Part shown: positions 19,378-28,837 of the stretch, one piece after another | How positions within the stretch are numbered: the stretch's first letter is position 1 | How the letters are laid out: each line of letters opens with the position of its first letter | DNA from: Bacillota bacterium | GTDB lineage: Bacteria > Bacillota > UBA5301 > Bu52 | Direction: 5' to 3' | Assembly: GCA_014896355.1 (NCBI GenBank) | Contig: JADBKO010000002.1 | Span: 37,631-101,630, forward strand | Length of the DNA stretch: 64,000 nt | Notes under the pieces: generated by a model | What the model saw: the letters and a program-made list of their open reading frames with translations, nothing else | The model's database searches: none | What the model was told of the DNA's origin: nothing | Made by a program: the position numbers and the translations under genes

Positions 19378-20372
19378 ATGCCCTGTGGTTCATTCTGCTG
19401 ACCGTGCTGTTCATCGGCTACTTCTTCCTGGAGGGCTTCGACTACGGCGTAGGCACCCTGGCCCGCTGGCTGGGGCGGGACGACACTGAGCGCCGGGTCC
19501 TCGTCAATACCATCGGCCCCGTGTGGGACGGCAACGAGGTATGGCTGCTGACCGCGGGCGGCGCCATGTTCGCGGCTTTTCCGAATCTGTATGCCACGCT
19601 GTTCAGCGGCCTTTACCTGGCGCTTCTGTTGATGCTGGTGGCGTTGATCGTGCGCGGCGTGGCCTTTGAGTTCCGCAGCCGGGACGACCGCCCGGGATGG
19701 CGCAACCTGTGGGATTGGATGCTGTTTGTGGGCAGTGTGGTCCCAGCCCTTCTCTGGGGCGTAGCCATGGCCAATCTCGCCCGGGGCGTGCCGGTGGACG
19801 CCAAGATGCAATATGCCGGCACGTTCTGGAATCTGCTCTCACCCTACGCCCTGCTGGGAGGGATCGTGGCCGTGACCGTGTTCCTCACCCATGGAGTGGG
19901 GTTCGTGGGCCTCAAGGCAGAAGGCGCTCTGGTGGAGCGGGCCCGCCGCGCAGGTCTGTGGGCAGGAGCTGTGGCTTGGGTGGCGCTGCTTTTGCTGGTG
20001 ATCTTCAGCTACGGTCAGACGGGGATCATGGCCAAGCCTGCGGCAGCGGCGGCGCTGTGGGCGACGGTGCTGGCCTTTCTGGCGGCATACGGGCTCCTGT
20101 GGGCCCGGCGCTACGGTTGGGCCTTCGTGCTGAACGGAGTGTCCATTGCGTTGGGTACTGCCGGCCTTTTCCTGGGGCTGTTCCCCAACCTGCTGGTCTC
20201 GCGCCTGAACCCGGATTGGAGCCTGACGATCTACAACGCTTCGTCCAGTCCGTACACGCTGAAGGTCATGACCATTGTGGCCCTGACTCTGGTGCCCATT
20301 GTGCTGGCCTATCAGGCCTGGACCTATTGGGTGTTCCGGCAGCGGGTCACGAGCAAGAGCCTCCATTACTAA
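19368..20372 (+). CDS. cydB: Cytochrome bd ubiquinol oxidase subunit II
   Basis: It overlaps the cydA stop. The N-terminus 'LWFILLTVLFIGYFFLEGFDYGVG' is typical of CydB. Confidence 0.85.
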   Translation: MELNALWFILLTVLFIGYFFLEGFDYGVGTLARWLGRDDTERRVLVNTIGPVWDGNEVWLLTAGGAMFAAFPNLYATLFSGLYLALLLMLVALIVRGVAFEFRSRDDRPGWRNLWDWMLFVGSVVPALLWGVAMANLARGVPVDAKMQYAGTFWNLLSPYALLGGIVAVTVFLTHGVGFVGLKAEGALVERARRAGLWAGAVAWVALLLLVIFSYGQTGIMAKPAAAAALWATVLAFLAAYGLLWARRYGWAFVLNGVSIALGTAGLFLGLFPNLLVSRLNPDWSLTIYNASSSPYTLKVMTIVALTLVPIVLAYQAWTYWVFRQRVTSKSLHY

Positions 20373-20415
20373 AAGGCCGGCCATGGGGAGCGGGGGTTGA
20401 GCTACGGACCGCAGA

Positions 20416-22245
20416 TTGCTGAAAGAGGCCAAGGAGAGCCGGACGGGGCTCTTCTTGGCCTTGGCCGTCGGATTGGGGTTGGGGGCGGGCCTGCTGGCCA
20501 TTCTGCAGGCAGGGGTTTTATCCCACGTGGTCAGCGGCGCTTTTCTGGGCGGGCAGGGCCCACGCCAGCTGTGGCCCCTGCTGTGGGTCCTGCTGGGCCT
20601 CTTGTTTGCACGGGCGCTGTTTATCTGGCTGGGCGAGAGCTGTGCGCACCGTGCGGCGGCTCAGGTGAAGCTCAGCCTGCGCCGGCGCCTGCTGGCTCAC
20701 CTTTTTGCTCTGGGACCCGCCTACGCCGGGGGGGAGCGCGCCGGCGAACTGACCTACGTGCTGGTGGAGGGCGTGGACTCCCTGGAAGCGTTTTTCTCCC
20801 GCTATCTGCCTCAGTTGGCTTTGGCCGTCCTGATCCCCCTCACGGTGCTGGGCTTCGCCTTCCCGGCGGATCCCCTGTCGGGTTGGATTCTCCTGATCAC
20901 GGCGCCGCTGATCCCGGTGTTCATGATCTTGATCGGAAAATGGGCGGAATCCCTGACCCAGCGGCAATGGGAAACCCTCAGCCGCCTCAGCGCCCATTTC
21001 CTGGACGTCCTGCAAGGCCTCACGACGTTGAAGATCTTCGGTCGCAGCAAGGACCAGATTCAGGTGGTGGCCCGTGTCAGCCGGCAGTTCCGCGACACCA
21101 CGTTGGCGGTGCTGCGCGTGGCGTTTTTGTCGGCGTTGGTGCTGGAGCTGCTGGCGACCATCAGCACTGCGCTGGTGGCGGTGGGCCTGGGCCTGCGATT
21201 GGTTTATGGCCGGCTGGAATTTGAGCGGGCTTTTTTCCTTCTGCTGCTGGCGCCGGAATTCTACCAGCCCCTACGGCTCCTGGGAACTCAGTTCCACGCC
21301 GGCCTCTCCGGCGCCACGGCGGCCAAGCGCATCTACGCCGTCTTGGAAACCCCGCTGCCGGGAAGTGTGCCCGCTGGGGAGACAGACCGATCTGCGCCCT
21401 CAGAGCCAAGCCAGGCCTGCCTGCTGCAGGCACGCCTGGCCGGCATGGACGCTCCGCAGGTGGTCTTTTCCGATGTACACTACGCCTACGAAGGCGGTTT
21501 GCGGCCAGCTCTGAGCGGCGTCACGTTCGTGCTGGAGCCGGGGCAGCGGGTGGCCCTGGTGGGAGCCAGCGGCGCAGGGAAAAGCACCGTGGCTCATCTG
21601 CTCCTGCGATTCCTGGAGCCCCAGCGCGGGAGCATCCAGGTGAACGGGCTGCCTTTGGGGGCGGTTCCCCCGGAGCTGTGGCGGCAGTATGTGGCGTGGG
21701 TGCCCCAAAATCCCCGGCTTTTTTATGGCACCGTGGCGGACAACATCCGGCTGGGCCGCCCCGAAGCCAGCCTGGAAGAGGTGGCGGCCGCGGCGCAGGC
21801 CGCCGGTGCCCATGAGTTCATCCAGGCCCTTCCCCAGGGATATGAGACGCCGGTGGGGGAACTGGGGTTGAAGCTCAGCGGCGGTCAGGCCCAACGCATC
21901 GCCATCGCCCGGGCCATCCTCAAGGATTCACCCCTTTTGATCCTAGATGAAGCCACGGCCCACCTCGACCCGGCGCATCAGCGGGAGGTGGAGCAGGCGC
22001 TGGAGAGGCTCATGGCGGGCCGCACCACGCTGATTATCGCGCACCGCCTGACCACGGCGTCCCGGGCCGACTGGATCCTGGTGCTGGATGCCGGCCGCCT
22101 GGTGGAGGAGGGGCGGCACCGGGATCTGGTGGCCCGCGGAGGGGCTTACGCCCGGTTGGTCCAGGCTTCCCGGAGTGCGGCGGAGCCGGTGAGCCCGGCC
22201 GGCGCGGCGGCCGGCGCGGGGGAAGTGGGGGAGGTCTCGCCATGA
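20416..22245 (+). CDS. cydD: Thiol-reductant ABC exporter, fused TMD-NBD (CydD)
   Basis: It has 6 TM helices plus Walker A (GASGAGKST), an ABC signature (LSGGQAQRIAIARA) and Walker B. It sits directly after cydAB. Confidence 0.8.
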   Translation: MLKEAKESRTGLFLALAVGLGLGAGLLAILQAGVLSHVVSGAFLGGQGPRQLWPLLWVLLGLLFARALFIWLGESCAHRAAAQVKLSLRRRLLAHLFALGPAYAGGERAGELTYVLVEGVDSLEAFFSRYLPQLALAVLIPLTVLGFAFPADPLSGWILLITAPLIPVFMILIGKWAESLTQRQWETLSRLSAHFLDVLQGLTTLKIFGRSKDQIQVVARVSRQFRDTTLAVLRVAFLSALVLELLATISTALVAVGLGLRLVYGRLEFERAFFLLLLAPEFYQPLRLLGTQFHAGLSGATAAKRIYAVLETPLPGSVPAGETDRSAPSEPSQACLLQARLAGMDAPQVVFSDVHYAYEGGLRPALSGVTFVLEPGQRVALVGASGAGKSTVAHLLLRFLEPQRGSIQVNGLPLGAVPPELWRQYVAWVPQNPRLFYGTVADNIRLGRPEASLEEVAAAAQAAGAHEFIQALPQGYETPVGELGLKLSGGQAQRIAIARAILKDSPLLILDEATAHLDPAHQREVEQALERLMAGRTTLIIAHRLTTASRADWILVLDAGRLVEEGRHRDLVARGGAYARLVQASRSAAEPVSPAGAAAGAGEVGEVSP

Positions 22246-24077
22246 GGGATCTCCTGCGCCTGTTGAGACTGCTTCTGCCAGAGTGGAAATCCATGCTGGC
22301 AGCGGCCGCATGGGGCTTTGCCACCGTTGCCAGCAATGTGGGGCTCCTGGCCACCTCCGCCTATCTCATCGCCCGCGCGGCGCAGCACCCCCCTGTGCTG
22401 TATTTGATGGTTCCCATCGTAGAGGTGCGCTTCTTTGGCATCGCCCGGGCCGCCTTCCGCTATTTGGAACGCTATTTCTCTCACGACGCCACCTTCCGCG
22501 TCCTGGAACGGCTGCGGGTGCGCTTTTATGCGGCCCTGGAGCCCTTGGCGCCAGCGGGGCTGCTGGACCAGCGCGGTGGTGATCTTCTGAGCCGCATCGT
22601 CGGCGACGTGGAAACCCTGCGGGACTTCTTCCTGCGGGCTGTGGCTCCGCCGCTGGTGGCTGCAGGGGTTCTGACGGCCGTGGCGGTGTTCCTGGGCAGG
22701 TATAACGCTGGCCTGGCCTGGGCGGTAGTTGCAGTATTCGGGGCGGCGGGTATGGGGGTTCCGGTGGCAGCGCTCCTGGCCAGCCGGGGGGTTGGAAGGA
22801 AGCTGGTCCGCACCCGGGCCCGGCTCCAGGCGGCGTTGGTGGACAGCATCCAGGGAATGGCGGATCTGCAGGCCTTCGGCCAGGCCCGGCGCCAGCTGGA
22901 AACCGTGGAATCTCTTAGCCGGGAGCTGGAGGATCTCCAGACGCGGACCCTGAACGTGGCTTCCCTTTCCGGCAGCTTAACGGGCCTGGCCGGGAATCTG
23001 GCCGCCTGGTGCGTACTGGCTCTGGCTATTCCACTGGTGGCCCAAAGACAGCTGGACGGCGTCTATCTGGCCATGCTCATGTTGGCGGCCTCCAGCGCCT
23101 TCGAGGCCGTGATGCCGCTGCCCCAGGCTCTGCAGTACCTGGAACAGAGCCTGGCTGCGGCCCGGCGCCTCTTCGCAGTGGTGGATCGCGCCGCGGCCGC
23201 CGAAACCTCGGCCGCCCAAGCCCCGCCGGCCTGCGCATCCCCCCTGGCGGCGGCTCCCCGTCCGACCCGCGTGGCGCCGGCATTTCGCGGGCTGCAGGTG
23301 GAGGGCTTGCGGTTCCGCTACACGGCGGTCGGGCCTTGGGTGCTGGATGGGGTGCACCTGCAGTTGCCATGGGGCGGCAAGCTGGCCGTGGTGGGCCCCA
23401 GTGGGGCGGGGAAGACCACGTTGGTCAATCTGCTGCTGCGCTTCTGGGACGACTATGAGGGGTCCATCCGTCTGGATGGCCAGGCCATCCGCAGCATCCC
23501 GCCGGAGGAACTGCGCAACCGCATGGCCGTCGTGGCCCAGAATACTCATCTTTTCAATGCCACCATCCGCGAGAACCTGCTTTTGGCCCGGCCCGGCGCC
23601 ACTCAGGCAGAAATGGAGCAGGCCGCCGCAGCAGCCCAGATCGACGCTTTCGTCCGCAGCCTGCCGGAAGGCTTTGATACCTACGTGGGGGAGGGGGGAT
23701 TCAAACTCTCCGGCGGCCAGCGGCAAAGGTTGGCGGTGGCCAGAGCTCTGCTGAAGGACGCTCCTCTGCTGATTCTGGATGAGGCCACTGCGGGCCTGGA
23801 TGCGGTGACGGAGGAGCAGCTTTGGACAGCGCTCCTGCGCGTGATGGAGGGCCGTACGGTGCTGGCCATCAGTCACCGCCTCAGAGGCCTGGAGGTCATG
23901 GATCAGATCGTGGTCCTGGAGCAAGGGCGCGTGGCTGAAACCGGGCGGTTCGAGGAACTGCTGCGCCGGCGCGGGTTGTTCTGGGAGATGTGGCGCCTGG
24001 AGCAGGTGGCGTTGTCTGACAGCCCGTTCCAGCCTCTACCAGCTGCTTCGGCCGCCGGCTCCGCCGCGGAGGCCTGA
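22242..24077 (+). CDS. cydC: Thiol-reductant ABC exporter, fused TMD-NBD (CydC)
   Basis: It overlaps the cydD stop by 4 nt. It has Walker A (GPSGAGKTT) and a signature motif (LSGGQRQRLAVARA). Confidence 0.8.
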   Translation: MRDLLRLLRLLLPEWKSMLAAAAWGFATVASNVGLLATSAYLIARAAQHPPVLYLMVPIVEVRFFGIARAAFRYLERYFSHDATFRVLERLRVRFYAALEPLAPAGLLDQRGGDLLSRIVGDVETLRDFFLRAVAPPLVAAGVLTAVAVFLGRYNAGLAWAVVAVFGAAGMGVPVAALLASRGVGRKLVRTRARLQAALVDSIQGMADLQAFGQARRQLETVESLSRELEDLQTRTLNVASLSGSLTGLAGNLAAWCVLALAIPLVAQRQLDGVYLAMLMLAASSAFEAVMPLPQALQYLEQSLAAARRLFAVVDRAAAAETSAAQAPPACASPLAAAPRPTRVAPAFRGLQVEGLRFRYTAVGPWVLDGVHLQLPWGGKLAVVGPSGAGKTTLVNLLLRFWDDYEGSIRLDGQAIRSIPPEELRNRMAVVAQNTHLFNATIRENLLLARPGATQAEMEQAAAAAQIDAFVRSLPEGFDTYVGEGGFKLSGGQRQRLAVARALLKDAPLLILDEATAGLDAVTEEQLWTALLRVMEGRTVLAISHRLRGLEVMDQIVVLEQGRVAETGRFEELLRRRGLFWEMWRLEQVALSDSPFQPLPAASAAGSAAEA

Positions 24078-24120
24078 CAGCGCTTTACACATCCCCGCTG
24101 AGGGCCGTTTTTTCCGCCTG

Positions 24121-24149
24121 TTGCGCCTGCCCCCGCCCGGGAGTATAAT
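24121..24149 (+). promoter_or_regulatory. Sigma-A-type promoter TTGCGC-N17-TATAAT
   Basis: The -35 at 24121-26 and the -10 at 24144-49 have 17-nt spacing. A T-tract (24106-12) after cydC precedes it, and a low-GC leader follows. Confidence 0.4.
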
Positions 24150-24214
24150 CTCATCCTGGAAACACAAAAATACAATATCTTATAGATCTGTAAGCGTCGA
24201 GGGGAGGGGCACCG

Positions 24215-24544
24215 GTGGAATGCTTGGGCAGCGGCGTCGTGAGCCGCCAGGGGCAGGTGGTGATCCCGGTGGGCGCCCGCCGCGGTATGGGCGTGGAGCC
24301 TGGGGACACTGTGTTGTTCTTCTCGATCATGCGCGGCAAAGCTTTGGTGGTCATCAAGGCAGAGCAAGTCACGCAAATGCTTCAGTCCGCTCTGGGGTCG
24401 TTAAGCGAGCTGAATGCCCTGCTAAGGCGCCTGGAGGGCACAGGCGATTCGCACGGCGCGGCGGGCCCGGTCGCCGGGGACCAGCAGAGGGTGCCGAAGC
24501 CCGCACAGCCGCAGGACGCCGGCGGAGACGGAGGGACGGAATGA
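24215..24544 (+). CDS. AbrB/MazE/SpoVT-fold DNA-binding domain protein
   Basis: The GTG start follows a GAGGGGAGGGG RBS. The N-terminus 'QGQVVIPVGARRGMGVEPGDTVLFF...GKALVVIKAE' is a swapped-hairpin looped-hinge motif. The stop overlaps the start of the ABC ATPase (ATGA). Confidence 0.6.
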   Translation: MECLGSGVVSRQGQVVIPVGARRGMGVEPGDTVLFFSIMRGKALVVIKAEQVTQMLQSALGSLSELNALLRRLEGTGDSHGAAGPVAGDQQRVPKPAQPQDAGGDGGTE

Positions 24545-25581
24545 TGGGTCGGGAGCCCCAGGATGACGTAATTGTGGTAGATGATCTGGTCCGTGAATTC
24601 GGCGATTTCACCGCCGTGGACCATATGAGTTTCCGGGTGCACGAAGGCGAGGTATTTGGCCTCCTCGGGCCCAACGGCGCGGGGAAGTCCACCACCATCC
24701 GGATGCTGTGTACGCTCCTGCGGCCCACCGGGGGTCATGCCCGCATTGCCGGGTATGACGTGGTCCGGCAGGCTTCGCAGGTACGCCAACACATCGGGCT
24801 GGTGGCGGAGAAGCTGATTCTCTATGACCGCCTGACAGCCCGGGAGAACCTGCGCCTGTTCGGAAAACTGAACCATCTGCCGGAACAGGTCATCGACGAA
24901 CGGGCGGATTACTGGCTGGACCGCCTTCAGATGACGCGCTGGCAGGATCATCTGGCCGGAACGTTTTCCACAGGGATGAAGCAGCGGATCAACATCGCCC
25001 GGGCCCTGTTGAACATGCCGCGGGTCCTGTTTTTGGATGAGCCCACCCTGGGCCTGGATCCGCAGACCACCCGCTCGATCCGGGAATTCATCATGGAACT
25101 GCATAAGCAGGGGATGACCATCATCCTCACCACCCACATGATGGCGGAGGCGGAAATGCTGTGCGACCGCGTGGGTATCGTGGACCATGGGAAAATGGTG
25201 GCATTGGATACCCCCGGCGGCCTGAAGCGATTGGTCAGCGATAACGGGCGACTGGTGTTGGAGCTGGAGATCAGCAATCTGTCTGAGTCCATGGTCCGGG
25301 ATTTGCAGGCCCTGCCCGAGGTGGCCAGCATCGACCACGAGTCCGCCACTTCGTTGCGGCTGCACGCGCAACCGGGGGAGGGCGGATCCACGGAAGTCCT
25401 CAGCCGGGTCATCGCCGCCATCCATGCAGACGGCGGCCGTATTCTCCGCCTCAGCACCGTGGAGCCCACCCTGGAGGATGTGTTCCTGAAGCTCACCGGC
25501 AGGGCCATGCGGGATGAGGCCAGCGAGAAGGTGGCGCCGCGGCGCGGGCATTGGCGCAGAGCGGCGACGCGAGTACGCTGA
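24541..25581 (+). CDS. ABC transporter ATP-binding protein (ABC-2/DrrA-like)
   Basis: It has Walker A (GPNGAGKST), a signature (FSTGMKQRINIARAL) and Walker B (VLFLDEPT). The ORF-track start at 24121 is an upstream extension. Confidence 0.85.
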   Translation: MMGREPQDDVIVVDDLVREFGDFTAVDHMSFRVHEGEVFGLLGPNGAGKSTTIRMLCTLLRPTGGHARIAGYDVVRQASQVRQHIGLVAEKLILYDRLTARENLRLFGKLNHLPEQVIDERADYWLDRLQMTRWQDHLAGTFSTGMKQRINIARALLNMPRVLFLDEPTLGLDPQTTRSIREFIMELHKQGMTIILTTHMMAEAEMLCDRVGIVDHGKMVALDTPGGLKRLVSDNGRLVLELEISNLSESMVRDLQALPEVASIDHESATSLRLHAQPGEGGSTEVLSRVIAAIHADGGRILRLSTVEPTLEDVFLKLTGRAMRDEASEKVAPRRGHWRRAATRVR

Positions 25582-25598
25582 GGAGGTCAGGGCAGGAT

Positions 25599-27068
25599 AT
25601 GTCCGAAGTGTTGGGTGCAAGCAAAGGAAGAGAACTGGCCGCCTCCGGCCTTGAGGACCGCCGGCACGGTGGCGGGCGTCAGGCTGTCGCGGATGCCTGG
25701 GTCATTGCCTGGAAGGATATCCTGGACTTCACCCGCGACCGAATGCGGCTGATCTCTTTCGTGATTATGCCGATCTTCATGATGGTCATGACCGGGTACA
25801 TCTTCCCAAACCAGAATTCACTGCAGAACATGCCCTTGGCCGTGGTGAACCAGGACCAGGGACCCTTGAGCCGCATGATCGTCGATGCGCTGAACAAGAT
25901 GACGCTACCCGCAGGTGGAGGCCAGGCTCGGCAGGGCATGGCGGCTCTGGGGGAGGCCGGGCCGGGGAAGACCGCTTCCCGTTCCCGCTCCGGGAACCCC
26001 GTGTTTCGTATTCAGCCCGCAGGCAGCCTGGCCGAGGCCAAGGAATTGATCAAAAGCGGCCAAGCGAATGGGGCTGTCTTCATTCCCCGCGACTTCACCC
26101 GCCAGGTAGGCCAGGGTAAGCAGCCTCATTTAGTGGTCGTGACAGACCAGGCCAATCTGCAGATCAGCAGCATGCTGAGTTCCGTGCTGGATCAGTTCCT
26201 GGGCGCCATGGCCACCCAGGTGGGCGCGCAGAAGGTGGCGCCGCTGTTGGCGGCCCGGGAGACGGCTCCCGGCCCGCGCGCTTCGGCCGGGGCGTCCGGG
26301 GACGGGGGCAGCGCCGGAGCGGTACCCGGCGAAGGTCTCCTCCAGATGATGGCCGGTGCCATGCAACAGGCTTACGGAGGCTTGGGCGCAGGAGGATTGC
26401 AGCGGGCCCGGGCCACGGTCCAGCCCTTTGTGGTCCGGATTGAGGGTATTGTCCCTGGGCCTCCCAACTACTTCCAGTTTATGGCCCCCGGCATCATGGC
26501 CATGGTGGTGGTCATGGCGGTGATGATGGGACTGGCCGGCGCCATTTCGCGGGAGCGGGAGATCGGTACGCTGGACGGCATTCTCATTGCACCGATCAAC
26601 AGACTCAGTATCATCATCGGCAAGACCATCTCCCAATCGCTGCGAGGCCTGGTGCAGGGGGCAGTGGTGCTGATCCTGGCCATCCTGCTCTTTCACGTGA
26701 AGGTCTATGGGAGCATCGCGTGGGTGGCCGGGCTGCTCCTTCTCGGCATCTTCTCCTTCGTGGGCCTGGGGATTCTGATCTCCGCCTTTGCCACGGAGCA
26801 GGAGACGGCCATGACCATCCTGATGACGCTCCAGTTCCCCATGATGTTTCTGTCAGGGGCGTTTTTCCCGGTACAGCAGATGCCGACTTTCATGCAGGGC
26901 CTGTCCAAGCTGGTCCCCCTGACCTATGCCATCGACGGCCTGCGCAAGGTCATCATCCTGGGGGCGGGGTGGAGCGCCATCCAGACGGAGGTGCTGGTCT
27001 TGACGGGGTTCGGGCTGGCCATGCTACTGGTGGCCATTCCGGCCTTCAACCGGGTGATCACCCGCTAG
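25599..27068 (+). CDS. ABC-2 family permease with a large extracytoplasmic loop
   Basis: An AGGAGG RBS precedes it. It has an N-terminal TM helix, a ~250-aa loop, then 5 TM helices with an ABC-2 signature region. Confidence 0.75.
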   Translation: MSEVLGASKGRELAASGLEDRRHGGGRQAVADAWVIAWKDILDFTRDRMRLISFVIMPIFMMVMTGYIFPNQNSLQNMPLAVVNQDQGPLSRMIVDALNKMTLPAGGGQARQGMAALGEAGPGKTASRSRSGNPVFRIQPAGSLAEAKELIKSGQANGAVFIPRDFTRQVGQGKQPHLVVVTDQANLQISSMLSSVLDQFLGAMATQVGAQKVAPLLAARETAPGPRASAGASGDGGSAGAVPGEGLLQMMAGAMQQAYGGLGAGGLQRARATVQPFVVRIEGIVPGPPNYFQFMAPGIMAMVVVMAVMMGLAGAISREREIGTLDGILIAPINRLSIIIGKTISQSLRGLVQGAVVLILAILLFHVKVYGSIAWVAGLLLLGIFSFVGLGILISAFATEQETAMTILMTLQFPMMFLSGAFFPVQQMPTFMQGLSKLVPLTYAIDGLRKVIILGAGWSAIQTEVLVLTGFGLAMLLVAIPAFNRVITR

Positions 27069-27217
27069 GCGCCCCGGGCGCCCACGTTAAGGCAGGGTCC
27101 TGACAGGAGCAGCGGGCATCGGCAACGAAACTTCATTGGCTAGGCTAAACGAATGGTCCCGCCGCCCCGAAGGAAGCAGCCCGGAACGGCGGAACCGCAA
27201 GAGGCAAGGAGGACACC

Positions 27218-28816
27218 ATGGCGGATATAGGGGAGAAGGCTGTCCAGCCCCAGGAGCTGCAACGGGCGTTATCGTGGTTGGAAACCCATCAGCAGGCATT
27301 GGTGGCGGATGTGGCGGAGCTTTTGCGCATCCGCAGCGTCCAGGAAGAGCCCGGCGGGCCCGGCGCGCCTTTCGGCCGGCCCATCGCCCGGGCCTTGGAG
27401 AAAGCCCTGCAGGCGGGGGACCGCCTGGGCCTGCGCACAGCCAATATGGAAGGATATGCTGGGTATGTGGAATGGGGCGATGGCCCGGAGTTGGTGGCCG
27501 TCCTGAATCATCTGGACGTGGTTCCCGAGGGGGCGGGCTGGTCTGTTCCGCCCTATGCCGGCGTGGTCCAGGATGGGAAAATCTGGGGGCGGGGCGCTGT
27601 GGACAACAAGGGGCCGGCTGTGGCGGCTTTGTACGCCCTGGCGGCGTTGGCCCATGCCCAGGTTCCGGCCAAACGGCGGGTGCGGCTGATTCTGGGCACG
27701 GACGAAGAGAGCGGCATGAGGGGGTTGCGTTACTATCTGGAACACGAGGGGCAACCGACCCTGGGCTTCTCGCCCGATGCGCTGTTTCCCATCGTGAATG
27801 GCGAAAAGGGGATCATGCGCGCGCTGCTTTCCAAGGACCTGGTGCCTGCCCGCACCGTGGCGGAACCGTCCGGCGCCTGGCAGGTGGAGTCCTTCCAGGG
27901 CGGCGAGCGCGCCAATATCGTGCCGGACCGGGCCCGGCTCAGGCTGGTCTGGGCAGGGCCGGCGGGCCGGCCCGGGGACGGAGTGGCTGCAGCGGACGCC
28001 GCAAGCTGGCAGCGCAGGCTGCAGGAAGCAGCAGAGCGGGTGCTGCAGGAGGCACGGGCCAAGGCCGGGCCTGAAGCCCGTAGCCAACTGGCTCTGGAGG
28101 TGGCTGCCGTGGACGGAGCGGCTGCGGCTGCCAGGCCGGGCGTGTCCGGCGGCGCCCTGCGCACAGGAACGGCCTTTCCGCGCCTGGAGATCAACGCTCG
28201 GGGCATCGGCGCCCACGCCAGCACCCCCGAGCAGGGCATCAACGCTCTGGCGCTGATAACGGCGGTTCTCCTGGAGGCGGGGATCCCCTTGGAACCCCCG
28301 CACGCGGATGCCATCCGCTTCTTGCACGGCGCCATGGCCGCGGATGGCAGCGGCCTGGACGTTCGCTGTGCCGACGACCTCTCAGGCCCCTTGACCAACA
28401 ACCTGGGAGTGCTGCAATGGGAGAACGGCAGAATCACAGCCAACTTCAATCTGCGCTATCCCATTCGCCAGTCCGGAGAGGAGCTGGCCGCACGCATCCG
28501 AGCCGTGGCGCAGGCACGAGGGTTTACGGCAGACATCGGCGACGATCCACCCCACTACGTCCCTCCCGAAGGCGAGCTGATCCAGGCCCTGCAGAAGGCG
28601 TACGAGGAAGAAACCCATCAGCCGGCCAAGCTCCTGACCATGGGTGGGGGGACGTACGCCCGGCTGCTGAAAAACGCTGTGGCCTTCGGGCCTGTCTTTC
28701 CCGGCCAGCCGGAACTGGCCCACCAGAGGGATGAGTACATCTCGGTGGCGGACCTTTTGGCCTGCACCCGCATTTGCCTTCGCGCCCTCTATTATCTGGC
28801 CGCGCAAGGCAGCTGA
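27218..28816 (+). CDS. M20-family dipeptidase (PepV/Sapep-like)
   Basis: An AAGGAGG RBS precedes it. The metal-binding motifs of M20 are present (HLDVVPEG, GRGAVDNKGP, GTDEESG). Confidence 0.8.
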   Translation: MADIGEKAVQPQELQRALSWLETHQQALVADVAELLRIRSVQEEPGGPGAPFGRPIARALEKALQAGDRLGLRTANMEGYAGYVEWGDGPELVAVLNHLDVVPEGAGWSVPPYAGVVQDGKIWGRGAVDNKGPAVAALYALAALAHAQVPAKRRVRLILGTDEESGMRGLRYYLEHEGQPTLGFSPDALFPIVNGEKGIMRALLSKDLVPARTVAEPSGAWQVESFQGGERANIVPDRARLRLVWAGPAGRPGDGVAAADAASWQRRLQEAAERVLQEARAKAGPEARSQLALEVAAVDGAAAAARPGVSGGALRTGTAFPRLEINARGIGAHASTPEQGINALALITAVLLEAGIPLEPPHADAIRFLHGAMAADGSGLDVRCADDLSGPLTNNLGVLQWENGRITANFNLRYPIRQSGEELAARIRAVAQARGFTADIGDDPPHYVPPEGELIQALQKAYEEETHQPAKLLTMGGGTYARLLKNAVAFGPVFPGQPELAHQRDEYISVADLLACTRICLRALYYLAAQGS

Positions 28817-28837
28817 AGGACCGCCAGAGGGCCTGAA

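Noticed and set aside
24078-24115. Rho-independent terminator after cydC.
   Set aside because: A T-tract is present (gtttttt) but only a weak 5-bp stem (cagcg/cgctg). It is mentioned under the promoter feature and not called separately.
24121-24540. N-terminal 140 codons of the ORF-track ABC ATPase ORF.
   Set aside because: This is a frame overlap with the promoter, leader and AbrB-like gene. The conserved ABC ATPase sequence begins at ATG 24541, coupled to the upstream stop.
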